Assembly (NCBI RefSeq): GCF_006345805.1
Contig: NC_043021.1
Location: forward strand, 12,090,001 to 12,154,000
Reading direction: 5' to 3'
Length of the DNA: 64,000 nt
Origin: Octopus sinensis
Taxonomy: Eukaryota
The translations under genes and the position numbers were made by a program. Below the pieces are notes generated by a model that worked only from the letters and a program-made list of their open reading frames with translations, had not been told where the DNA came from and made no database searches. Positions 11,615 through 23,613 of the stretch are shown in pieces. Numbering within the stretch: the first letter of the stretch is position 1; each line of letters opens with the position of its first letter.

Positions 11615-11850
11615 TACATACATACATACATACACACACACTCACACATCCATACATACATACATACACATACATACATACATACACACACCCCTACATA
11701 CATACATACACACACACATACATACATACATACATACACACACATACTTATACACACATACATACATACATACATACACACATACACACACCCCTACATA
11801 CATACACCCCTACATACATACATACATACATACGCAAACACATACAGACA
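11260..11850. repeat. (TA)n/(TACA)n/(CA)n compound microsatellite
   Basis: Visible. Confidence 0.95.
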
Positions 11851-12208
11851 CTTACGTAAGTTTCCTGACTAATAACCTTTACTAATCTTCGGAACTCCAC
11901 ATTAGACTAGAAAATTTTATGCAGCAAACACTCCGATTAACTTTCACTCGGAAATATCAAAGGGCCAGCTGAATTTCTACAGTGTGGCATTTATAGTAAG
12001 TTATATAAGCTAACTTGTCATTTTAATCCGTGGCCTCGTTAACGTTACGACAGTTGAGAGGGGACGTAACTCTTCAGTGCCTAGTGAAATAGGTTAAGAA
12101 CTGGTTCTCTTTTAAATAAAGAAAAACGTATAAACAATTAATGCACGTGAACTGATGTGAACTAGAGATAGCTTTACACTTCATGCTCACGCACACACAC
12201 ACACACAC

Positions 12209-12246
<38 letters not shown>

Positions 12247-12734
12247 GTGTGTGTAACCTATTTAGTAGATGTATGAACAGGGCTAATTTAGCTATTTCTT
12301 CTTAGATTGTAAAAAAATGATTACCAGAGTTAATCGATTTTCGAAGCTTATCAGTTTCTCATCAGAAGTGTCTGCATCAATTTCACCAATCCACGAGAAA
12401 CAAGCAGCCACTCTGCTGTTATATATATATAAATGAAAGAATGGAGTCGATCGAAGATGTTAACAAAATTCCTTTACTCTCGACACATGTTTCGGAGACA
12501 GCATGTTCTCATTTCCAAAGGAATAAAGGGTGCATTATGCAATCTTCTCATCAGGAAAGAAAGGGAGCCTCTCTCGACAACAAGACAAGCAAAAATTTCG
12601 ATGATTGCCTACATGGTAAACAAAGCGATAATGAGTGTTTCTTTAAAAAAACGTGAATTTGCTACCCAGGTTTCGCTTAAACGAATTTTCCATGCTGACG
12701 ATAAACATAGAATAATTCATTCACCTACTTATAT

Positions 12735-13103
12735 ATAAGTAGCTTGCTTACCAACTACATGGTTCTGGGTTCAGTCCCACTGCGTGGCACCTTGGCCAAG
12801 TGTCTTCTACTATAGCCTCAGGCCAACCAAAGCCTTGTGAGTGGATTTGGAAGACAGAAACTGAAAGAAGCCCGTCCTATATATCTATATGTATATATGT
12901 GTTTGTTTGTCTGTGTTTGTCCCCACCAACATCGCTTGACAACTGATGGTGGTGTGTTTACGTCCCCGTAACTTAGCGGTTCGGCAAAAGAAACCGAGAG
13001 AATAAGTACTAGACTTACAAAGAATAAGTCCTGTGGTCGATTTGTTCGACTAAAGGTGGTGTCCCAGCATGGCGACAGTCAAATGACTGAAACAAGTAAT
13101 AGA

Positions 13104-13110
<7 letters not shown>
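12735..13110 (+). mobile_element. Family B CORE-type SINE
   Basis: Head, CORE, microsatellite and tail match the other copies. Confidence 0.8.
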
Positions 13111-13142
<32 letters not shown>

Positions 13143-13721
13143 TACAGAAATATATGTATGAATGTATGTATACATGAGTACACACACACATATATATGCA
13201 TATATGAACACACACACAAATATGAATATATTATATTATGGCTGTGTGGTAAGGAGATTGTTTCCTAACCACATTGTTCCAGGTTCAGTCCCACTGCTTG
13301 GCACATTGGGCAAATGTCTTCTACTATAGCCTCAGGCAGACCAAAGCTTTGTAAGTGGATTTGGTAGACAGAAACTGAAAGAAGCTTGTAACATATATGT
13401 ATGTACATATCTGTCTGTCCATCCGTTCGTCCATCCATCCATCCATCCATCTATTCTTTTACTTGTTTCAATCATTTGACTGTGGCCATGCTGGAGCACT
13501 GCCTTTAGTCAGGCAAATCAACCCCAGGACTTATATTTTCTAAGCCTAGTACTTAATCTATCGATCTCTTTTGTCACAATGCTAAGTTACGGGGATGTAA
13601 ACACACCAACCTCGGTTGTCATGCGATGGTAGAGTGACAAAAACATACATATACATTATCTTTTTTGTATCACCTAACTGTCTGGATTCTTTTGCGTTCT
13701 TGTCCCATTTTTGTATTTCTT

Positions 13722-16075
13722 ATGCCACTATGAAAGGTTGCTGAATGAAGAAAATGAATGGGATAAAGAGAGTCTGCCGAATGTTGACCCAACAGAGGGA
13801 CCAGCTATCCGAGTTGATAGTTCCGTGGTAGCTAAGGCAATTAGAAGCATGAAGACAGGGAAAGCCCCAGGCCCATCAGGAATCACTGCAGAGATGCTCA
13901 AAATGTCTGGTAGTGTCGGCTATAGCCTAGTCACTCGTATAGTTAATCAGGTGATACACAAAGGGGTCATACCCAATGACTGGTGTAGCAGTATAATAGT
14001 CAACTGCTACAAAGGTAAAGGTGATGCCCTAGATACAAATAACTACAGAGGTATCAAGCTGTTGGACCAGGTGATGAAGGTTACGGAGAGGGTCATAGCC
14101 CAACTAATTAGAGAGAGAGTTAGTTTAGATGAGATGCAGTTTGGGTTTGTGCCAGGGAAAAGTACTACTGATGCTATATTCCTGGTAAGGCAGCTGCAGG
14201 AGAAATACCTAGCCAAAGATAAGCCCCTGTACCTGGCTTTTGTTGACATGGAGAAAGCCTTCGACAGGGTCCCCCGATCCCTTATCTGGTGGGCAATGAG
14301 GAAACTAGGGATAGATGAATGGTTAGTGAGAGCTGTGCGGGCCATGTACAGGGACGCCGCTAGTAGGGTGAGGGTTGGAAATGTGTACAGTGAAGAATTC
14401 CGGGTAGAGGTAGGAGTCCACCAAGGCTCAGTACTCAGCCCCCTCCTATTTATCATAGTCCTCCAGGCAATAACGGAGGAATTCAAGACAGGATGCCCTT
14501 GGGAGCTCCTCTATGCTGATGACCTTGCTCTAATTGCTGAGTCGCTATCAGAACTGGAGGAGAAGTTTCAGGTGTGGAAACAAGGATTAGAATCGAAGGG
14601 CCTCAGAGTCAATCTAGCTAAAACCAAAGTCGTAATCAGTAGGAAGGTAGACAAATCACAAACACTTCAGGTAGATGGCCCTGCTCGATCTGTAGAAAAG
14701 GTGTAGGTAGAAACTCTATAAGATGCACCAAGTGTAAGCTATGGACACATAAGAGATGCAGCAATGTCAAAGGAAGGCTAACTAGGAAGATGGTTTTTGT
14801 ATGTGGCAGATGCTCAGGAACAATAAACACTGAAAATGCTCTGAGACCAACTTCCGTCACTTTCCAGGGAGAAAAACTAGAAATAGTTGATAGTTTCCGT
14901 TACCGAGGTGACCAAGTCAGCAGCGGGGGCGGGTGTGCTGAAAGTGTAACTGCTAGAGTAAGAATAGCTTGGGCAAAGTTCAGAGAGCTCTTACCTCTAC
15001 TGGTGACAAAAGGCCTCTCGCACAGAGTGAAAGGCAGACTGTATGATGCGTGTGTACGAACAGCCATGCTACATGGCAGTGAAACATGGGCCGTGACTGC
15101 TGAGGATATGCGTAAGCTCGCTAGAAATGAAGCCAGTATGCTCCGATGGATGTGTAATGCCGGTACTCACACTCGGCAGAGTGTAAGTACCTTGAGAGAA
15201 AAGCTGGACCTAAGAAGCATCAGTTGTGGTGTGCAAGAGAGACGTTTGCGCTGGTATGGTCATGTGGCGAGAATGGATGAAGATAGTTGTGTGAAAAAGT
15301 GCCACACCCTAGCGGTTGAGGGAACCTGTGGAAGAGGCAGACCCAGGAAAACCTGGGACGAGGTGGTGAAGCACGACCTTCGAACTTTAGGTCTCACTGA
15401 GGAAATGACTAGAGACCGAGACCTCTGGAAGTGTGCTGTGCGCGAGAAGACCCGGCAGGACAAGTGAGTCCATAACCCGTGGCCTTCTACATGGGATGGA
15501 GCCAGCCTACGTATGCATACCTTCCCTTCTTGGGACACAAAACTCTACTTGTGAAGACGTGATGAGGCAAGTGAGGATCAGAATCGAAATCGATCAATGG
15601 AAATTGCGGATGTGCTACCAGTGCCGGTGGCATGTCAAAACTCTGCTTGTGAAGACCCGTTGAGGCAAGTGACGATCAGAATCGAAATCGATCAATGGAA
15701 ATCGATCAATGGAAATTGCAGATGTGTTACCAGTGCCGGTGGCATGTAAGAGAACTTTCCGTTTCGCGACCGTTGCCAGCACCGCCCCGTTTCGTGTCCG
15801 TGCCAGCCTCGCCTGGCCCTCGTGCCGGTGGCACATAAAATGCACCATCCGTTCGTGGCCGTTTGCCAGCTCTGTCTGGCACCAGTGCGGGTGGCACGTA
15901 AAAAGCACCCACTACACTCACGGAGTGGTTGGCGTTAGGAAGGGCATCCAGCCGTAGAAACACTGCCAGATTTGACTGGGCCTGATGAAGCCTTCTGGCT
16001 TCACAGACCCCAGTAGAACCGTCCAACCCATGCTAGCATGGAAAACGGACGCTAAACGATGATGATGATGATGAT
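13722..16075 (+). mobile_element. 5'-truncated RTE-clade LINE (RT domain, thumb, 3' UTR and (GAT)n tail), one frameshift
   Basis: ORF 13711-14706 has KAPGPSG, YRGIKLL, QFGFVPGKSTTDAIF, FVDMEKAFDRV, GVHQGSVLSPLLF and LLYADDL; ORF 14790-15467 has RVRIAWAKF, LHGSETW and RLRWYGHV..RGRPRKTW; -1 frameshift near 14665. Confidence 0.95.
14682..14813 (+). other. C4HC3 PHD-like zinc finger inside the RTE ORF
   Basis: CSIC-x10-CTKC-x4-HKRC-x14-CGRC, in frame with ORF 14790-15467. Confidence 0.75.
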
Positions 16076-16089
16076 GAAAAATATAGCAG

Positions 16090-16274
16090 TGTACACACAT
16101 TTTTTTCTCTCCTTGTTTCTCTCCTTGTTTTTTTCTGTGTATCTTTCTGTCGAAGAGTGTAGGCTCAAAACGTAAAAGACTTGTTCTATTTCTATTCCTG
16201 AGCGCCGTACTAATAATTTGTTTGTTTGTACTCCACCTGCCTTTGTCTCTTGTTTATTTTCGTAAACCTTCCCG

Positions 16275-16275
<1 letters not shown>
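16090..16275 (+). mobile_element. Family P short unit with degenerate hammerhead, adjacent to (TA)n
   Basis: CTTT-CTGTCGA-A-GAGTGTAGGCTC-AAAA-CG-TA-AAAG at 16143-16178; homologous to 17575, 43973, 45027 and 57061. Confidence 0.7.
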
Positions 16276-16340
<65 letters not shown>

Positions 16341-17234
16341 ACGCAATGAACTTCTTTCAGTTTCCATCTATCAAATCCATTCACAAGACTTTGATCAGCC
16401 TGAGGCTGTAGTAGAAAACACTCATCCAAAGTGCCATGCAGTGGAACTGAACCCAGAACCATGTGATTGAGAAGCAAGCTTCTTACTACTCACTCATTTT
16501 ATATATGCATATATGTATATGTGTGTGTGTGTGTACGGCAGGTTTCTTTCAATTTCTGTCTACCAAATCCATTTACTAGGCATTGGTCAGCCTGATGCTA
16601 TAGCAAGGTGCCATGCAGTGGGACTGAACCCAGAACCGTGTGGTTGGGAAGAAAGCTTCTTAGAACACAGCTGCACCTGCGCCTATACTGATTATTGATT
16701 AAAATATTATAATGGATGACCTGAAAGTCTGGATTTATAAGTGAAAATGAAAATGAAACACATTCAATCTGTGGAATAATAAAAAAAAAAACAAGAATTC
16801 TAATGATATTCCCTTTTGTTCAGATTGTATGGTCAGGTCAGATCAGATAGGACATATGTTGTTGCAGTACAATGCTGCATTGACATTTGTCAGTATTTGC
16901 TCAGGTCGTCCTGACATTCCGCCAAGTAGTGTCTCAATCAGTCCACATTTCCACAAGATATTTCCTTATCTGCTGTGACTACATTGCACATGACCAACAT
17001 GAGCTGTCATTCCAGTTGGTTTCTCAGATAACGGAACATTATTCATAGAATCTCAACTAGGGAAATCAAGCAACATAGGTGCAGGCATGGCTGTGTGGTA
17101 AGTAGCTTGCTTCCCAACCACATGGTTCCAGGTTCAGTCCTACTGCATGGTACCTTGGGCAAGTGTCTTCTACTATGGCCTCAGGCCAACCAAAGCCTTA
17201 TGAGTGGATCTGGTAGATAGAAACTGAACAAATG

Positions 17235-17269
<35 letters not shown>

Positions 17270-17284
17270 GTTTGTTCCTTCTTG

Positions 17285-17530
17285 AGCTATGCCTGAATCA
17301 TAAGGGCCAGTTTCCCGGTTTCCTTGACGTATAGGTTCCCCACCAGGACGGGACACTGGTCCGTCGCAGGTGAGCTGCAAGTTGTGGCGAAAGAGTCAGC
17401 AGAAGTTCACCATTACCTTCTGCCAGAGCCTAGGTGTTTCGCTCATAAACACACACACATCACCCAGTCTGAGATTTGAACCTGCGATCCCTCGACCGCG
17501 AGTCCGTTGCCCTAACCACTAGGCTATGTG
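17285..17530 (-). mobile_element. tRNA-derived SINE, family C
   Basis: Reverse complement of the 22588-22898 element. Confidence 0.75.
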
Positions 17531-17574
17531 CCTTCACATATGAATATATATAGTAAATAAAAAAAAAATAAAGA

Positions 17575-17760
17575 ACAAACACATAAGAAATAAACAACAA
17601 AGTGAGAATGTGGTACATGCAAAGTATTAGCAGACATTCAGAGAAGGAAAGAAAGGTGGTTTCACGTTTCGAGCAAAGCTCTTCTTCAGAAACAAGAGAC
17701 AGAGGAAAGTCCAAGAGAAAAGGAAGACGGAGGAAAAAAATTGCCAATGATCACACGGGG
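17575..17760 (-). mobile_element. Family P-related unit with hammerhead core
   Basis: Minus strand GTTT-CTGAAGA-A-GAGCTTTGCTC-GAAA-CG-TG-AAAC (17659-17693). Confidence 0.6.
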
Positions 17761-17929
17761 TTACATACACACAGAAACACACACACATATATATTATGTA
17801 TGTATGCATATGTATATATATGTATGTGAGTGTCTGTTTGTGTGTTTGTCTCCGACCATCTCTTGGCAATCAATTTTGGTATGTTTAGTATGTTTACTAA
17901 TCTAGCGGTTCAGTAAAAGCGACTGATAG

Positions 17930-19072
17930 GCGCAGGAGTGGCTGTGTGGTAAGTAGCTTGCTTACCAACCACATGGTTCCGGGTTCAGTCCCACTGCATG
18001 ATTCCTTTGGCAAGTGTCTTCTACTATAGCCTCAGGCCAACCAAAGCCTTGTGAGTGGATTTGGTAGACGGAAACTGAAAGGAGCCTGTCGTATATATAT
18101 ATATGTATGTGTGTGTATATGTTTGTGTGTCTGTGTTTGTCCCCACTAACATCGCTTGACAATCAATGGTGGTGTGTTTACGTTCCCGTAACTTAGCGGT
18201 TCGGCAAAAGAGACCGATAGAATAAGTACTAGGCTTCCAAAGAATAAGTCCTGGGGTCAATTTGCTCGACTAAAGGTGGTGCTCCAGCATGGCTGCAGTC
18301 AAATGACTGAAACAAGTAAAAGAGTAAAAGAGCAAAAGAGACTGATAGAATAAGCACCAGGCTTTACCAAAATAACAAGAACTGGGATTGATTCATTCGA
18401 CCAAAATTTCTTCAAGGTGGTGGCCCAGCATGGCTGCAGTCCAATGACTGAAACAAGTAAAAATTAGAAGATTTAAAGACCATGACCAACCAGTCTGACT
18501 TGATGCTTCCAAATCATACAAATAACAGGGCACATCCCATGTTAACTGATATTGTTCATGATTTGATTGGAATTGAGTGGCTGTGTGGTAAGTAGCTTGT
18601 CTACCAACCACATGGTTCCGGGTTCAGTCCCACTGCGTGGCACCTTGGGCAAGTGTCTTCTACTATAGCCTCAGGCCGACCAAAGCCTTGTGAGTGGATT
18701 TGATAGATGGAAACTGAAAGAAGCTCGTCGTATATATGTGTGTGTGTGTGTGTATATGTTTGTGTGTCTGCGTTTGTCCCCCCCAACATCGCTTGACAAT
18801 CAATGGTGGTGTGTTTACGTCCCCGTAACTTAGCAGTTCGGCAAAAGAGACTGATAGAATAAGTACTAGGCTTCCAAAGAATAAGTCCTGGGGGTCGATT
18901 TGCTCGACTTAAGGTGGTGCCCCAGCATGGCCGCAGTCCTATGACTGAAACAAGTAAAAATTAGAAGATTTAAAGACCATGACCAACCAGTCTGACTTGA
19001 TGCTTCCAAATCATACAAATAACAGGACACATCCCATGTTAACTGATATTTTTCGTGATTTGATTGGAATTT
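17930..19072 (+). mobile_element. Two family B SINEs, an extra tail, and a duplicated ~113-bp unique segment
   Basis: SINEs at about 17930-18335 and 18575-18960; segment 18461-18574 is repeated at 18958-19071. Confidence 0.8.
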
Positions 19073-19255
19073 GGAAACATAATCTATATCAGATAATAAA
19101 CAATTGTTAAACGTGACAACATTGAATGACGTATTAAAAGAGGGAAAGACGTGGTGGGGAGGCTTGGTGATTAGTGCAGTGTAACCTTGAGTAAGACATT
19201 CCACTTCCCATTGTTCTAATCTACTCAGCTGATATGAGTATGAGCTGATTGCTGA

Positions 19256-19259
<4 letters not shown>

Positions 19260-19315
<56 letters not shown>

Positions 19316-19650
19316 TCTTTTACTCTTTTTCTCTCTTCTGCTCACTTTCTTTCCCTTTTTCATTCTCTTACTTACTTTCACTTTCGCTCTCTTTTTCTCT
19401 CTTTCTCACCCTCTCTCTCTTTCTCTGTCTTTCTCTCTGTCTCTCTTTCACTATCTCGCTCGATCATTCTGCTTTCTCTCCCCCCCTCTCTCTCTCTTTT
19501 TCTCTCCCCTCTTTCTCTTCCGCTCTCTCTTTCTCTTTCTCATTCCCTCCTCTCTCTTTCTCTTACTTTCTCTTTCTTCTTCTTTCTCTCTTTTTCTCTT
19601 TGTTCCTCTTTCTTTCCTTCTTTCTCCCTCCCCCGCCCTCTCTCTCTCAT
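19260..19650. repeat. (CT)n / polypyrimidine tract
   Basis: Visible. Confidence 0.9.
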
Positions 19651-20816
19651 CCTCTCTATCTAGCCATCATATTCTTGATGTTCTGCTAGGTGAAAGGTGA
19701 GAAGCATGGGAGAGTGTCTGTGTCTACCTGTGATTATGCAGGCACCTGACATAATTAGTGAAAGCATGTTGCAAGCATGACTGTGTGGTTAAGAAGTTTG
19801 CTTTCCAACTACATTTCCAGGTTCAATTCCACTGCATGTCACCTTGGGCAGGTTTTCTGCTATAGCCCCAGACTGACCGAAACTTTGTGAGTGAATGTGG
19901 TCAATAGAAACTGAAAGAAGTCAACCATATACATGTCTGTATGCGCGTTTGTCTGTGTGTTTGTGTATGTGCATGTGTGTGTGTGTATCTGTATATGTGT
20001 GTGAGTGTATATATATTTATATATAGGTTAGTAGAGTTAGCGGTTGGAATAACCATCTAAGGGATAGGAATATCCGCTTTTACTACCAGTATAAATTACC
20101 TTTGAATCACGTTTTGATTGATTTTATGTGAATCATTTAATTTCTTTTTGAATGAAATATGTGAATCAATCAATCAATCACTTTTGAATGAACTGTGTGG
20201 ATTTATCACTCGTATTTTCAATGAGTTTATGCGAATGGTTTAAAGATTTGTGAACACTCTTCGAGTGCAATCAAGATAAACATTTAATCAGTTGTTGAAC
20301 TTAACCAAGCTTTTATTCCTCTCATAGAGCAATCATAGTGTCATTAAACTGTTAACACAATCATTCAAACAATGGTGGGGAATCATTTTTATCTTAGAAG
20401 GCTACAGAGAAGTTACCTAACATGGCCACATTAAAAAGAATATATTTACACATGTTGTTATGCATGTTTTAGCTGACAAATAATATTAGAAGTAGCATTA
20501 CATTAACCCTTTCGTGTTTAAATCGGCCGTATCTGGCCCAGATATTTCTTCTGTTTTATGTTCAAACTGGCTTGATCTAACCTCTCTCACTTACCCTACA
20601 ATGCCATTCTAAAAATAAACAATAGAAGCATAGGAGTGGCTGTGTGGTAAGTAGCTTGCCTACCAATCACATGGTTCTGGGTTCAGTCCCACTGTGTAGC
20701 ACCTTAAGCAAGTGTCTTCTACTATAGCCTCGGGCCAACCAAAGCCTTGTGAGTGGATTTGGTAGACAGAAACCGAAAAAAGCCTGTCGTATATATGTAT
20801 ATGTATATAAATGGCT

Positions 20817-20856
<40 letters not shown>

Positions 20857-21559
20857 TATATATATATACATATATATATATCAATGGGCAGTACCCCAGC
20901 ATGGCCACAGCTTGTGAGCTGAAACTAGATGAAATAAAATGAAATAAAATATATATATATTTATATATATATACACACACTGTATACATACATGTAAGGT
21001 TTAGAAGGAAACTAATTTGGAAGATTTCAAATGTAAAACAATTAATAAATATAAATAAATAAAAAAAATGAGCAAAATACATTAGATTTTATAAAATATA
21101 TTTAAAAAAAAAAAAAATTGAATGAGTGATGTTTTAGTTTTAGCTAATTATACAATTTACATAATTTGTCTTTTAGGATTGACTTTCTAAGAGGAAATCA
21201 ATATGTGGCCATTTGCCAGAAAATATTTGGCACCAGTTCAACTTTGGTGAGTAATTAAACAGACATATGAACAACTGAAACAGATATGTAATCAGTAGTT
21301 ATTTTCTGTAATTAATCTAATTAAAGAATGAGGCAAGAATTTTGAATAACACAGAATTTAAACACCAATGAATTGGCGTCCCTCTTCTTCTTTCCATGTC
21401 TTCCCCCACCTCCACATTCTCCTGCATTAAGAAAAGAGGATCCACAGGATGTGAATGACATTAGTTCATATCAAGGAAAAACTGGTAAATAATTCAGGTT
21501 TAACCCTTCAGTACTGATTCTACAAGAGACCATCCACAGTTCTGTGATATGAAATTCAT

Positions 21560-21790
21560 ATTTGAACCCTTTAGCTATCAGATTACTCTGTCAAATATAA
21601 TGCTTATTTATTCACATCGTTTTGAATAAATCATGAATTATCTCATAATTTTGAGCTTTTGATAATGTAACTGTTTCATTTAGGAATGACATTGTAGCAT
21701 AGGTGTGAGAGGCAGGATCTGGTTGGTTTGAGCATAAAACAGCAAGAATATTTGAGCCAGATATGGTCAGTTTAACCCCTTAGCATTCAG
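21560..21790. mobile_element. TTAA-type (piggyBac-like) MITE, family G
   Basis: Begins AACCCTTTAGC.ATCAGATTACTCTGTC; related partial copies at about 10685-10860 and 20495-20615. Confidence 0.6.
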
Positions 21791-22248
21791 ATGTATTGCT
21801 TATTTACTCACAAAGATATGAATTGGTAGCGATTTTTGTGTTGTGTTTAATTTTGCTAACCGAGGCATCATAGCTAATAGAGGCATCAAAAAGTGTTAGT
21901 AAAAGAAATGGGGTTATAGTTAAAAACTGTTTGAGAGCAATGATTTAAAACTTCTATCATCATTTTTATCTTAGCTGTTGTGTCCCAAACACCAGTTTAA
22001 CAAAGAAGTCATAACTTTAATAAATACCTCCAAATACTTTGTATATTTTGCAAATAAATTGAGTTGAAACGTGAGGAAAATGTAATTATTTAATGAGAAA
22101 CATAGTTACAAAAGCATTAAATCACTTTACAGATGAAAGACATGTGATAAGAATGGTTTCATACAAACATCAAAACCAAGATTGGCAAACACATTTTTGG
22201 AGGTCTACATACAACAATTCAATAATCAATAAATATATATATATATAT

Positions 22249-22281
<33 letters not shown>

Positions 22282-22587
22282 TAGATATAAGAATGAACTT
22301 GAAGCAGCTGTTTTCACATGTGTCATTCACAAAAGATTTTAAATAAAAGAATATGATGATGTTTCCTTCAAGCTTTCCTATTTCAAAATAATTCAGACAG
22401 TGAATATTCAAAAGAAAACCAGGCTTAGTTTACCAGCTGATGATCAGAAATGAGCCACTCGGAGTACTGGAAATCAGAGCCTTTCAGTTATAATGTATAT
22501 GCGTGCGCATGTGTGTGTGTGTGTGTGTGAGTGTGTGTGTATATGCATATATTTAAGTCTTCTTTATGTGTATTTATTGTTTTAGCA

Positions 22588-22898
22588 GTGGAGGCACATG
22601 GCCTAGTGGTTAGAGCAGCGGACTCGCGGTCGAGGGATCACGGGTTCGAATCTCAGACCGGGCGATGTGTGTGTTTATGAGTGAAACACCTAAGCTCCAC
22701 GTGGTTTCAGCAGAAGGTAATGGCGAACTTCTGCTGACTCTTTCGCCACAACTTTCTCTCACTCTTTCCTCCTGCATCTTGCAGCTCACCTGCGACGGAC
22801 CGGCATCCCGTCCAGGTGGGGAACCTATACGCCAAGGAAACCAGGAAACCGGCCCTATGAGCCAGGTGTGGCTCGAGAAGGGACAAACAACAACAACA
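22588..22898 (+). mobile_element. Full-length tRNA-derived SINE, family C, with 12-bp TSD
   Basis: TGGCCTAGTGG A-box, GGTTCGAATC B-box, (CAA)n tail; TSD ATTGTTTTAGCA at 22576-22587 and 22899-22910. Confidence 0.9.
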
Positions 22899-23301
22899 AT
22901 TGTTTTAGCAAAAGAAACTCTGCTTTCACTAATACTTAGCTCTTCTGAAACACAACATTCTGAATCTGTAAATGCAGTTATTTTGAAATATTTCTTTTAT
23001 GTATAAATATATGGAACAAATTTAATTTCTAACAGATGAAATAGTTTTGCCATCAAATGAGGTGTCAAAGAATTAGAGACAGATAGAATTTTCACACACA
23101 CATCTGTATATACACACACAGACAGACACACACATAGTTAGCTAGATAGATAGTCATACACATATATAATATATATTATTTATGCAGTAATATTAAATAT
23201 ATATATATATTTAATAATAGAGGTAGATTCATACATATATACATATTTGCATTATAAATATATTTGTGAATATATAAAAGAACGGAGTAAGTGGAGCAAG
23301 A

Positions 23302-23613
23302 TAATGATAAATGTCGCCCTTTTCAAGCCTAGCCCGGCTCATGGGCCCAGTTTCCCAGTTTCATTGGCATATGTGTTCCCAACAGCTGGACGGGACACCA
23401 GTCCATCGCAGCATTACTCAAGAAACAGGAAGAGAGAGTGAGAGAAAGTTGTGGCGAAAGAGTACAACAGGGTTCGCCACCACCCCCTGCCAGAGCCTCG
23501 TGGAGCTTTTAGGTGTTTTTTGCTCAATAAACACACAGAACGCCTGGTCTGGGAATCGAAACCGCGATCCTCCGACTGCGAGTCCGCTGCTCTAACCACT
23601 GGGCCATTGCGCC
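23302..23613 (-). mobile_element. Full-length family C SINE with 14-bp TSD
   Basis: TSD TAAGTGGAGCAAGA at 23288-23301 and 23614-23627; tRNA-like head on the minus strand. Confidence 0.9.

Noticed and set aside
11200-11885. ORFs of Y/I/H/T repeats (also 31.5 kb, 44.7 kb, 52.1 kb and 59.4-62.3 kb)
   Set aside because: Microsatellite translations
12433-12738. ORFs MESIEDVNK... and MKEWSRSK... in unique sequence
   Set aside because: Short, no recognisable motif, no convincing splice pair; unsupported
15982-16000. CTGATGA followed by an AGCC/GGCT hairpin in the RTE 3' UTR
   Set aside because: No GAAA after stem II, and other family D copies read GGTGCAGCC here, so this is a chance variant
22433-22470. 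CCAG-CTGATGA-TCA-GAAA...GTA-CTGG hammerhead-like string
   Set aside because: Stem II is absent and stem III needs a 3-nt bulge; not associated with a repeat unit
22588-22660. tRNA-like sequence (also heads at 23545-23613 and 48640-48710)
   Set aside because: These are SINE heads continuous with a SINE body and TSDs; no proper acceptor stem, so not tRNA genes
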